DNA of 64,000 nucleotides. Origin: an uncultured Anaerolineaceae bacterium (GTDB lineage: Bacteria; Chloroflexota; Anaerolineae; Anaerolineales; Anaerolineaceae). Location: positions 63,613-127,612 of the forward strand of contig CALOAF010000007.1 in the NCBI GenBank assembly GCA_942491385.1, written 5' to 3'. A program made the translations under genes and the position numbers. The first letter of the stretch is position 1, and each line of letters opens with the position of its first letter. Shown here in pieces: positions 1 through 8,693 of this stretch. Under the pieces are notes generated by a model, which did no database searches, was not told where the DNA came from, and was given only the letters and a program-made list of their open reading frames with translations.

Positions 1-3000
1 AGGATTTTTTGGAATATCCTCATCCGGTTCTGCTGGTCGAAAAAGGTGGCAAGGTCAAATATCATAATGTAGAGGTAACCAAATTACTGGGTTTAAAAGC
101 AGGACAAGAATTTGATATAAACCTCCTGGCTAAAAAATCAAAAAACAACGAAATTTTTAAGATATTTACCAAGCCTGGCAGATACAATGTTGAATTTAAT
201 CACGAAAATTATGACACTTATAGTTACTCAACATCTACTGGAATGTTGGTAACTTTCCATAAAATTCAATCTATTGGAGACCCTCTCCCAACAGAAAATG
301 CCATAGTCCCTACTTCACTGAACATCATAGAAAAAATTTCTTCCAATGAGGATCTGGAACAAATCATTCAACTGGTGTTGATAGAAATTCAAAACAGAGT
401 TCCAGCTGATTTTACTGAAATCGCGCTCTGGGATGCAGAAAAAGAAGAAATTTTTTCATTTCAAACCAAAACAATTGAAAACATACCTGCCATGCAATCC
501 CCGAAACGTTATTATGTAAATGAATGTTTTTCAGGGAAAGTCATTAAAGAAAGAAAAAAAATCTACATTGAAAATTTCAATTTTGACCTGAACCCAACCG
601 ATAAAGAGGATTTGCCTTCTGACCTGCATGAAATTCTGGGGATCCCATTATGGTTGAATGGCGATGTCATTGGCGCAATCATCCTTGGCAATATCCAACC
701 CTTGGAATTATCCCAAAAAGCATTGGCTTTAGACTCACGAATATTGAACCAGATTGCTGTTGGCCTATACTTTGCCTGGATGAACCATGAGGTGCGGAGA
801 AAATCTTCTGAATTAAGTGGTTTATCAAAGTTAACCTATTCCATCAGCAAAATTCAGGATCCACACATATTTTTCAAGAATATCATATCCAGTTTTGAAA
901 GTCTATTACCTGTTGATATTTTTGGTTTTATCCTCTATGATGAACAAATAAAAATTCTGGAAGCCAAACAACCTTTTAAAGGTCTCCCTGATCCAATTGT
1001 TGATATTATCAGGATTACAGTTGAGCCGGACAGCCCAGCGCACAACATCTTGTTTTCACAGGATATTTTGATTGTAGATAATGCGATGGATAACCAACAG
1101 TGGTCTGATCTGGGTTTATCCCATCTGGCCAGTGCAGCCAGCATCCGAGAAGCGGTGCTCATTCCATTGTCTCCGGGCAGTGAACCGATGGGATATCTAT
1201 TGGCTGCCAATCATCAGAATATCGAAACCTCATTTTCACAGGATGAGATGCATCTCCTCATGATTGTCGCAAACCAAACAGCGCCCCTTATCGAAAATCT
1301 TTATCTCCTCCTTCAATCAAAACAAAGAACACAGCGGGCAGAATCTTTACGTAGAATTTCATCCTTAGCCAGTTCTTCAGCCACATTGGAAGAACTACTC
1401 GCTTTCTCTATTAATGAACTTTCATTATTGTTACATGCCAATATGGCAGGTTTATTCCTCATCGATCAATCATCCATGAAATTGGAATGGAACCCGGATT
1501 CAAGTTATGGGCAATGGCGGTTTGAGGATGCAGTAAAAGAATTAGCACTTTCTTCTTCCGATTTTCCTGCGACCGTAACCCATACCAGGGAGCCGTTATT
1601 AATAGGAAAGTTTGACGAAACGAAACCAATTCCAGCCTTTTATCAAAATATAGTCGATCAATGTGATTTACAATCAGCCATTATTGTTCCAATGGTTGTG
1701 AAAAACCGAGGTATTGGAGAAATTTGGTTTGGCAGCAATACCCTCAGTTTTTTCGATCAGGGCGATATACAATTGATTCTTTCTGCTGCAAACCAACTAG
1801 CGTATGTGGTGGATCAGGCAAATTTATCAGTGCTCACGCTGGAAGCGTTGAATGAAAAAATGGAACAGGAAAAATTGATTGATGAATTGCAAAAGATTAA
1901 TCATTTTAGCCAGGAAATAACCAGCCTTCGTCCCACGCTAATTTTGCAGGAATTGCTGGATATTTTAATGGAATTCATTCCTTCTGCGGACGCCGGATGG
2001 ATAGGTTTATATAATGAACCAGATCGATCTATAAAACCGGAACACATGCGAAATTTTTCAGAGAGCTTTCAAAAGCTTCAATTCGGATCTAAAAGTCTTC
2101 CGGTTCAAATTTGTATAAATAAAAAACTGATCCTGCTTAATGATCTTGAATTTCCTTTAGGGTATGGATTAACTGAATCGGAAGCCGTTCAATATTTAAG
2201 AAGTACACAAAATCAAATTCCAACTGGCTGTTTAATGGTACCCATCACAGCATCCAATAGTTGTATTGGCACACTGGTTTTGGAAATTTATAATACTGAG
2301 AAATCATTTTCTCCAGAAGATGAATCCTTAACCTTATCTTTTCTGCATCAAGCAAATTTAGCACTATCAAATGCAGATTTATTTATGACCACTGCAATAC
2401 AAACAGAAAAATTGAAAATTCTTACTGATCTTTCCAAATCAATGTCAGCCAGCTTAAATAAAGAAGAATTACAACATTCGTTGTTGGAACAATTGGAGCA
2501 GTTGGTCGAATATCAAACCGCTACTTTATGGGAGAAAGATAAGCGGCATCTAAAAGTTATCGCTACCGCTGGGTTTCCTGATGGTGAGGATAGAACGGGA
2601 TTGGTTGTTCAACTAGATGATTCTTCCCTATTCCAGGAAATGTTTACCACCAAGCAGCCCCTCGTTATTCCTGATATCAGAGCAGATGGACGTTTTCCTG
2701 CTTTGGTTGAGGCTGAAAATTTCTCTTGGATGGGTATTCCTATTATTTCAAAAGATGAAGTCATTGCCGTGATCGCCTTAGAACAAAAACAAGTGGGATA
2801 TTATGAGGAAGGGTTAGTGCAATTGGCAGAAGCTTTTGCATCTCAGGCGGCGATTGCATTGGAGAACGCCAGTCTTTATCAGGAATCAATCACCCGTGGG
2901 TCAGAGCTCAACGAGCGTACACAAAAATTATCCTGGTTGAACCAATTCTCTTCGGAAGTAAACCGATCCTTGGACATCACTTATATTATTAGCTCCACTT

Positions 3001-5063
3001 CTGAATATTTAATAAATATTGTCAAATGTGAAATGATCTCCATATTTTTAATCGGCCAGGATCGGGATTTGAAATTATCATATCAACGGCCAGAAATTGG
3101 CACTATGCCGAAATTGATGATTCATGATCAACCACTTTTCGAGAAATTAATTCAGTCTCGTGGAATTTACCAAATAGAGAATGTTGCAGAAGACCAGGAA
3201 ATAGATATCTTAAATCAACAATATTTCTCCCAACGGGGCACTACATCAATCTTGTTTGTTCCTTTACTAAGTTCCAATGAATTTTTTGGGTGGGTTGGAA
3301 TGGAATCTCGAACATCCAGACGCTTTACACACAATGAGACTGAATTGGCCATGACGATAGCAAATCAAGCAGCATTAGCCATGAACAACGCGTTCTTATT
3401 GAGCGAGACTCTGGGGTTGAAAAAGAACCTCGAAACGAGGGTTGAGGAGCGCACCAAAGAATTAATCGTGGAACACCGCAATACTGAAATGTTACTGAAT
3501 ATTTCCAATGAACTTGCCGGGAGTATGGATATCGATCAGATTCTTGACAGCACTTTAAGATTGATCAATGGTGCCTTGAATGTTTCTGGAAGCCTAATCT
3601 ATCTAACAAGTAACAAGAAAATAATACAGGCAATTCATCACTCTTCAGAAAATGAAGGGCAAGTTGTTAATGAATCAATTGAAAACTATTTTCAGCAAAC
3701 CGTTTCAGAAAAGAAATCTATTTTACTTGAAAATATTATTGATGATGACCAACATAAGCGATTTTCAAGCTGGATGTTTGTCCCATTGAAATTTGGCGAA
3801 TCGATCTTAGGAGTCCTGTCTATTTTTCATCATAAACCGTTTTTCCTCACGGACAGAGATCTTAAATTAGGTGAAGCGATTGCAGGCCAAATCAGTTTGG
3901 CTTTGAATAATGCCGAGATTTTCACCCTGATTCGCGATCAATCGGAAAATCTTGGGTCTATGCTACGTGACCAAGAGGTTGAAGCCAGTCGCTCCAAAGC
4001 AATCCTGGAAGCTGTTGCCGATGGTGTGTTGGTAACAGGCACACAATCCGAAATATTGTTATTAAACAAATCGGCAAAAGTTATCTTGGCGATGGAAGAG
4101 AATTCAATCGATACCTCTTTGCAAGCATTGCAGAATTTCTTTGGTGGAAAAATTATGCATTGGATTTCGACTATCAAAAACTGGACTGAGCAACCATCAA
4201 AAATACTTACAGATGCTGTTTTTGCGGAAAGAATACCGTTAATGGGTCAACAGGTTATTTCAGTTCATCTTTCTCCAGTTATGTGGCGCAACGAATTCTT
4301 GGGGACTGTATCTGTTATTAGAGATATCACCATCGAAGTTCAAATCGATCAATTGAAGACCGATTTTATATCCAATATCAGCCATGAATTAAGAACGCCG
4401 ATGACTTCAATCAAAGGGTATGTTGAAGTATTGCTGATGGGAGCATCAGGAAACATTAATGATCAACAAAAACATTTTTTGGAAATTATTCAGGGAAGCG
4501 CAAATCGATTAACTTCTTTGATGGATTCTATTCTGGATGTTTCCAGAATAGAATCCGGAACTATTATTCTGAGACCAGAACTAATGGATTTGGTCGCTAA
4601 AATTAACGATGTAGTTGAAATTCACAAAAATGCATCCATCAATGATTCAAAACAGATTACCTATCAGATAAAACCTATCGGAAAAATTCCCCAGATTATG
4701 GTTGATATTGATAGAATGGAACAGGTATTTTTGAATATTCTGAATAATGCTCGGATTTATTCATATGAAGATGGTTTAATAACAATTATAGTAGAAGCAG
4801 TTGAGAAATTTATCAAAATTGGATTTATCGATCGAGGGGTAGGAATTCCAAGAGACGAACAGGAACATGTTTTTGAGCGATTTTACCGAGGCAGGAACGC
4901 ATTGAACATGAATTCTGCAGGCACTGGATTAGGTTTATCAATCGCACGAATCCTGATTGAAATGCATGGGGGAACTATATATCTGGAATCGTCTGGTATT
5001 CCAGGTGAAGGTTCAAGTGTCACTGTCATGCTCCCCATCAAACAAGAAAACGGGACATCATAA
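1..5063 (+). CDS. Multi-GAF / PAS sensor histidine kinase (about 1680 aa, no obvious TM segment; 5' end probably outside window)
   Basis: The frame is open to the window edge, and the TTG at 9 is only a candidate start. A GAF-terminal helix pattern recurs seven times (e.g. QTAPLIENLYLL, QAAIALENASLYQE, QAALAMNNAFLL, QISLALNNAEIF). These are followed by a PAS-like segment, the H-box ISHELRTPMTSIKGY and the HATPase_c motif GTGLGLSIARILIEMHGG. Confidence 0.9.
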   Translation, partial: DFLEYPHPVLLVEKGGKVKYHNVEVTKLLGLKAGQEFDINLLAKKSKNNEIFKIFTKPGRYNVEFNHENYDTYSYSTSTGMLVTFHKIQSIGDPLPTENAIVPTSLNIIEKISSNEDLEQIIQLVLIEIQNRVPADFTEIALWDAEKEEIFSFQTKTIENIPAMQSPKRYYVNECFSGKVIKERKKIYIENFNFDLNPTDKEDLPSDLHEILGIPLWLNGDVIGAIILGNIQPLELSQKALALDSRILNQIAVGLYFAWMNHEVRRKSSELSGLSKLTYSISKIQDPHIFFKNIISSFESLLPVDIFGFILYDEQIKILEAKQPFKGLPDPIVDIIRITVEPDSPAHNILFSQDILIVDNAMDNQQWSDLGLSHLASAASIREAVLIPLSPGSEPMGYLLAANHQNIETSFSQDEMHLLMIVANQTAPLIENLYLLLQSKQRTQRAESLRRISSLASSSATLEELLAFSINELSLLLHANMAGLFLIDQSSMKLEWNPDSSYGQWRFEDAVKELALSSSDFPATVTHTREPLLIGKFDETKPIPAFYQNIVDQCDLQSAIIVPMVVKNRGIGEIWFGSNTLSFFDQGDIQLILSAANQLAYVVDQANLSVLTLEALNEKMEQEKLIDELQKINHFSQEITSLRPTLILQELLDILMEFIPSADAGWIGLYNEPDRSIKPEHMRNFSESFQKLQFGSKSLPVQICINKKLILLNDLEFPLGYGLTESEAVQYLRSTQNQIPTGCLMVPITASNSCIGTLVLEIYNTEKSFSPEDESLTLSFLHQANLALSNADLFMTTAIQTEKLKILTDLSKSMSASLNKEELQHSLLEQLEQLVEYQTATLWEKDKRHLKVIATAGFPDGEDRTGLVVQLDDSSLFQEMFTTKQPLVIPDIRADGRFPALVEAENFSWMGIPIISKDEVIAVIALEQKQVGYYEEGLVQLAEAFASQAAIALENASLYQESITRGSELNERTQKLSWLNQFSSEVNRSLDITYIISSTSEYLINIVKCEMISIFLIGQDRDLKLSYQRPEIGTMPKLMIHDQPLFEKLIQSRGIYQIENVAEDQEIDILNQQYFSQRGTTSILFVPLLSSNEFFGWVGMESRTSRRFTHNETELAMTIANQAALAMNNAFLLSETLGLKKNLETRVEERTKELIVEHRNTEMLLNISNELAGSMDIDQILDSTLRLINGALNVSGSLIYLTSNKKIIQAIHHSSENEGQVVNESIENYFQQTVSEKKSILLENIIDDDQHKRFSSWMFVPLKFGESILGVLSIFHHKPFFLTDRDLKLGEAIAGQISLALNNAEIFTLIRDQSENLGSMLRDQEVEASRSKAILEAVADGVLVTGTQSEILLLNKSAKVILAMEENSIDTSLQALQNFFGGKIMHWISTIKNWTEQPSKILTDAVFAERIPLMGQQVISVHLSPVMWRNEFLGTVSVIRDITIEVQIDQLKTDFISNISHELRTPMTSIKGYVEVLLMGASGNINDQQKHFLEIIQGSANRLTSLMDSILDVSRIESGTIILRPELMDLVAKINDVVEIHKNASINDSKQITYQIKPIGKIPQIMVDIDRMEQVFLNILNNARIYSYEDGLITIIVEAVEKFIKIGFIDRGVGIPRDEQEHVFERFYRGRNALNMNSAGTGLGLSIARILIEMHGGTIYLESSGIPGEGSSVTVMLPIKQENGTS

Positions 5064-5434
5064 TGGCAAAGATATTAATCGCTGAAGATGAACCCGATAT
5101 TCGTGATCTGATTGAATTTACCCTGAAATATGTTGGTCATGAAGTTGTTTCTGTTGCAAATGGCGAAGAAGCATATAAACTTACCAGAAAAAACAACCCA
5201 GACTTGATCTTATTGGATGTGCGCATGCCCGTCATGTCTGGATACGAAGCTTGTGAAAAAATAAAGGCAGATCCCCAAACAAGCCATATTCCAGTCGTTT
5301 TTCTTTCTGCTAAAGGACAGGAATCAGAAATTAAGGCAGGTTTAGCAGCAGGAGCAGTAGATTATTTATTAAAACCTTTTGCCCCAAATGAACTCAACAG
5401 ACGGATAAATGATATCCTGGCCGGGGTAGCATGA
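5063..5434 (+). CDS. Single-domain response regulator (CheY-like receiver)
   Basis: Receiver motifs ILIAEDEPDIRDLI, LILLDVRMPVMSGYE and DYLLKPF. The start overlaps the kinase stop by 1 nt (TAATG). Confidence 0.9.
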   Translation: MAKILIAEDEPDIRDLIEFTLKYVGHEVVSVANGEEAYKLTRKNNPDLILLDVRMPVMSGYEACEKIKADPQTSHIPVVFLSAKGQESEIKAGLAAGAVDYLLKPFAPNELNRRINDILAGVA

Positions 5435-6216
5435 GCGCGATTTTCATTGATGGGCAATTAGCACATTACGAAGTCATTGGTCGTGGGAAGCCGGTTTTAT
5501 TTTTACATGGCTGGATTGGATCCTGGCGATATTGGGTGCCTACAATGCAGGCGATATCATCCTCAAACAGAGCTTATGCCCTGGATTTTTGGGGCTTTGG
5601 GGATAGTGCCAAGCATGACCAATATACGATCAATGATCAGGTGAAATTTGTTAAAGCGTTTATGGAAAAAATCGGGCTTTCACAAGTTGTTCTGATTGGT
5701 CATGGCCTGGGGGCTATTGTTGCCTATGGTCTTGCTATTAAAAATCCCGAAATGGTAGAGAAGATTTTATCAATTTCTCTGCCAATGTCATTTGATTTTC
5801 TAAACACCCGGCTGCTGTCCGGAGAACATTTGGGACTTGTCGATAAGTTATTGGGAAAAGGGATTGAAACTGAAGCAGTCAGAAGCGACGAAGCCAAGAA
5901 TGATCCAGAGGCTATTCGAAAAACATTATCTGCAAGCGAATTGCTCAATTGGTTGGAGAGCCTGGATTATTACGAAAAGATTTCACTGTTGGTCTTTGGA
6001 CAGAATGATCCTGTGGTACGAGCCCCCACCATAGAAAAAATTCAAACGTTTCGCCAGAACATCCACACCATAATATTTGAACAATCTGGGCACTTTCCAA
6101 TGTTGGATGAGAGTAGTAAATTTTCAAGGTTATTGGGTGAATTTCTAGAGCTAGGGGAAGATGATTCTCCTGCAAATTTGCAAATCAAAGAAAAATGGCA
6201 GCGCAGGGTCAGATAA
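5431..6216 (+). CDS. Alpha/beta-hydrolase fold protein with the nucleophile Ser replaced by Gly (GHGLG)
   Basis: Typical fold pattern: VLFLHGW, nucleophile elbow LIGHGLGA, GQNDPVV and SGHFPMLDE. ATGA overlap with the response regulator gene. Confidence 0.8.
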   Translation: MSAIFIDGQLAHYEVIGRGKPVLFLHGWIGSWRYWVPTMQAISSSNRAYALDFWGFGDSAKHDQYTINDQVKFVKAFMEKIGLSQVVLIGHGLGAIVAYGLAIKNPEMVEKILSISLPMSFDFLNTRLLSGEHLGLVDKLLGKGIETEAVRSDEAKNDPEAIRKTLSASELLNWLESLDYYEKISLLVFGQNDPVVRAPTIEKIQTFRQNIHTIIFEQSGHFPMLDESSKFSRLLGEFLELGEDDSPANLQIKEKWQRRVR

Positions 6217-6262
6217 ATCAGGTAGAAGGAATTTTCAAGAAGTAAAAGGGTATAGAATTTTA

Positions 6263-6649
6263 ATGGAAATTGTTGTTTTTTATGATGGTACCTGTCCATT
6301 CTGTGTGACCAGTGCCAGAAATTTAAAAAAGCTAGATTGGCTGAATAAACTTAAAATTATTGACTTATTCACACCAGGTATCTTGGAGATATATGATGTT
6401 CCACTCGAGGAAGCGATGAACAGGATCCAGGTGGTTAAGAACCATAAAATCCGCAGAGAAGGCATGAATGCATTGCTATTGATCTCCTGGTATTTGCCAT
6501 TATTATGGATCTTTATCCCCTTTTTCTGGTTATCGATTAAGCTCCGAATTGGGTCAAAAATATATGATTGGATTGCCAGAAACCGTTTTCTTTTTCCGGT
6601 ACCAGGATATTGCCCAATCCCTGATTCCAAGGATAATCAACAAAAATAA
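6263..6649 (+). CDS. DCC-family thiol-disulfide oxidoreductase (DUF393)
   Basis: N-terminal VVFYDGTCPFCV motif plus C-terminal hydrophobic segments. The ATG at 6263 was chosen because the longer ORF start (6161) overlaps the upstream gene. Confidence 0.75.
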   Translation: MEIVVFYDGTCPFCVTSARNLKKLDWLNKLKIIDLFTPGILEIYDVPLEEAMNRIQVVKNHKIRREGMNALLLISWYLPLLWIFIPFFWLSIKLRIGSKIYDWIARNRFLFPVPGYCPIPDSKDNQQK

Positions 6650-6754
6650 TATCATGTTCGAGATCAGTTTGACCTCTACTTAAATAGAGTTGATCAGGTA
6701 TTTTTTTCTCATCTTAGTGAATAATCAAAAGAATCTAAAAGATTTGACGTGACC

Positions 6755-6782
6755 TTGACATTGCCCTCTTTTCTCATATACT
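6755..6782 (+). promoter_or_regulatory. Candidate sigma70-type promoter for the thiamine operon leader
   Basis: TTGACA (6755-6760), a 16-nt spacer, then TATACT (6777-6782), just upstream of the THI-box aptamer. Confidence 0.45.
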
Positions 6783-6794
6783 AATAATCAATGT

Positions 6795-6895
6795 TAGGAG
6801 CAACGGGGAGTCCTTTTTTGGGCTGAGAGGAGAACAATTCCACGTTCTCGACCCGCAAACCTGATCCGGTTCATACCGGCGGAGGAATATGCGAT
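6795..6895 (+). promoter_or_regulatory. TPP (THI-box) riboswitch aptamer
   Basis: Hallmark CTGAGA (6823-6828) and ACCTGATCCGGTTCATACCGGCGGAGGAA (6859-6887). It lies directly upstream of thiamine salvage/uptake genes. Confidence 0.85.
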
Positions 6896-6906
6896 CGAAA
6901 CTGATT

Positions 6907-6935
6907 ACCCGCCGGTTGGTGGGTTTTTTGTTTTT
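6907..6935 (+). terminator. Riboswitch expression platform: intrinsic terminator
   Basis: A 7-bp stem ACCCGCC/GGTGGGT with loop GGTT, followed by TTTTTTGTTTTT. The left arm CCGCCGG (6909-6915) is the exact complement of aptamer CCGGCGG (6876-6882), which allows an antiterminator alternative. Confidence 0.75.
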
Positions 6936-6947
6936 CCTAGGGTAAGG

Positions 6948-7619
6948 ATGGAAATGAGAGCTGTATTATTTGTAAATGGGGAATTTGAAAAGAATGATCG
7001 ATTGATAAAGCAAATCAATCCTTCTGATTTACTCGTTGCAGTGGATGGAGGATTGCATCATGTGTTAAATGCCGGTTTTACGCCGCACATCATCATTGGC
7101 GATTTGGATTCAATTGATTTAATGGATCTGATGAACTTTGAAACCAATGGTGTGGACATTATTAGATTTCCGGTGCAGAAAGATGAGACTGATTTAGAGC
7201 TTGCTGTTGAGCATGTATTGAACCTGGGATTTGAAGATGTTCTCGTTTTAGGAGCAACAGGCGGAAGAATTGATCATTTTTTGGGTAATTTTCTGTTTTT
7301 TTCCAATCCAAAATATTTGAAATACAACATCAAAATTCTGACGAAAAACAGCGAGATATTCTATTGCAATTCCAGGCAGCGACTTGAAGGTGAAGTCGGG
7401 GATGGCGTCAGCTTAATCCCCATCAGCGAGGTTGTCAAAGGAATTAAAACAACAGGCTTGCTGTATCCTCTGAAGAATGAGGACCTGCTGCGGTGGAAGT
7501 CCCGAGGGATCAGTAATCAATTGCTGGATCAGCAAGCGCTGATTGAATTCGAATCAGGCGTCTTGTTATGTGTCCACCGGTTCAATTCACAAAGTAAACC
7601 AGAACGAGGAGAAAAATGA
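6948..7619 (+). CDS. thiN: Thiamine pyrophosphokinase
   Basis: Motifs IIIGDLDSID, QKDETDLELA and GATGGRIDH. First gene after the TPP riboswitch. Confidence 0.85.
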   Translation: MEMRAVLFVNGEFEKNDRLIKQINPSDLLVAVDGGLHHVLNAGFTPHIIIGDLDSIDLMDLMNFETNGVDIIRFPVQKDETDLELAVEHVLNLGFEDVLVLGATGGRIDHFLGNFLFFSNPKYLKYNIKILTKNSEIFYCNSRQRLEGEVGDGVSLIPISEVVKGIKTTGLLYPLKNEDLLRWKSRGISNQLLDQQALIEFESGVLLCVHRFNSQSKPERGEK

Positions 7620-8689
7620 GAAATAGATTATTTCTGATATGTGGCTTGTTAATGGTTCTATTAAGTTCCTGTGTGGGCAAAAATGATTCACAAATCCCTT
7701 CTGGATCGGATACCCAAACACGCATATTGAACGTGATGACTCATGATTCCTTTGCTGTCAGTGAAAATTTAATTACGAAATTTGAGAATGAAAATAATGT
7801 AAAAATAAATTTTTTATTATCTGGTGACACGGGAGCTGCGTTGAATCGGGCGATTTTAACAAAAGGTTCACCACAGGCGGATGTATTTTTTGGTGTGGAT
7901 AACACTTTTTTGTCCAGAGCGCTGAAGGAAGGTATCTTTGAGTCTTATGATAGCCCCATGCTTGCCAACATAAAAGAATCCTTACGTCTGGATCCAGATA
8001 ATTATGCTTTACCGGTAGATTTTGGGGATGTGTGTATTAATTATGATAAGACCTACTTTGATGAAAATCAGCTACGCCTTCCATCTTCTCTGGATGATTT
8101 GCTTATGCCTGAATATAAGGGATTGTTGGTGGTGGAAAATCCAGCCACCTCCTCCCCGGGACTGGCATTTGTGCTGGCTACCATCGCTGAATTTGGAGAA
8201 CAAGGATACCTGGATTTTTGGTCAGGTCTGGTTGCGAATGATGTGGTCATTGTTAATAACTGGGAGACCGCATACTACAGTAATTTCAGTGCCTCCGCCG
8301 GTCAGGGCAATCAGCCCATGGTGGTTTCTTATGGATCCAGCCCTCCCGCGGAGGTTATTTTTTCAGACTCGCCTATGCAGGATTCTCCCACAGCATCGAT
8401 TGTTGCCCCCAATACCTGTTTCCGCCAGATAGAGTTCGTTGGTATTTTAAAAGGCACCCAACAGCGTGAATTAGCCCAGAAATTTATTGATTTTCTCCTG
8501 GATGTACCCTTTCAGGAAGATTTGCCATTGCAGATGTTCGTTTTTCCTGCAAACCAAAATGCCAGGTTGCCGGTGCAATTTGAAAAATTTGCCCAAATTC
8601 CAGACCATCCGGCTACATTGAGTCTGGATTTGATCGCTCAGAACCGCGAGAAATGGATTCAGGATTGGACGCTGACAGTATTGAGGTAA
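7616..8689 (+). CDS. thiB: Thiamine ABC transporter substrate-binding lipoprotein (ThiB/TbpA-like)
   Basis: Signal peptide with LLSSC lipobox. By eye, blocks are collinear with E. coli ThiB (MTHDSFA, TSSPGLAF, ELAQKFIDFL, WIQDW). ATGA overlap with thiN. Confidence 0.85.
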   Translation: MRNRLFLICGLLMVLLSSCVGKNDSQIPSGSDTQTRILNVMTHDSFAVSENLITKFENENNVKINFLLSGDTGAALNRAILTKGSPQADVFFGVDNTFLSRALKEGIFESYDSPMLANIKESLRLDPDNYALPVDFGDVCINYDKTYFDENQLRLPSSLDDLLMPEYKGLLVVENPATSSPGLAFVLATIAEFGEQGYLDFWSGLVANDVVIVNNWETAYYSNFSASAGQGNQPMVVSYGSSPPAEVIFSDSPMQDSPTASIVAPNTCFRQIEFVGILKGTQQRELAQKFIDFLLDVPFQEDLPLQMFVFPANQNARLPVQFEKFAQIPDHPATLSLDLIAQNREKWIQDWTLTVLR

Positions 8690-8693
8690 CCAG

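Noticed and set aside
6161-6262. A longer N-terminal extension of the DCC-family ORF
   Set aside because: It overlaps the 3' end of the hydrolase gene in another frame. The conserved DCC N-terminus (MEIVVFYDGTCPFC) begins at 6263.
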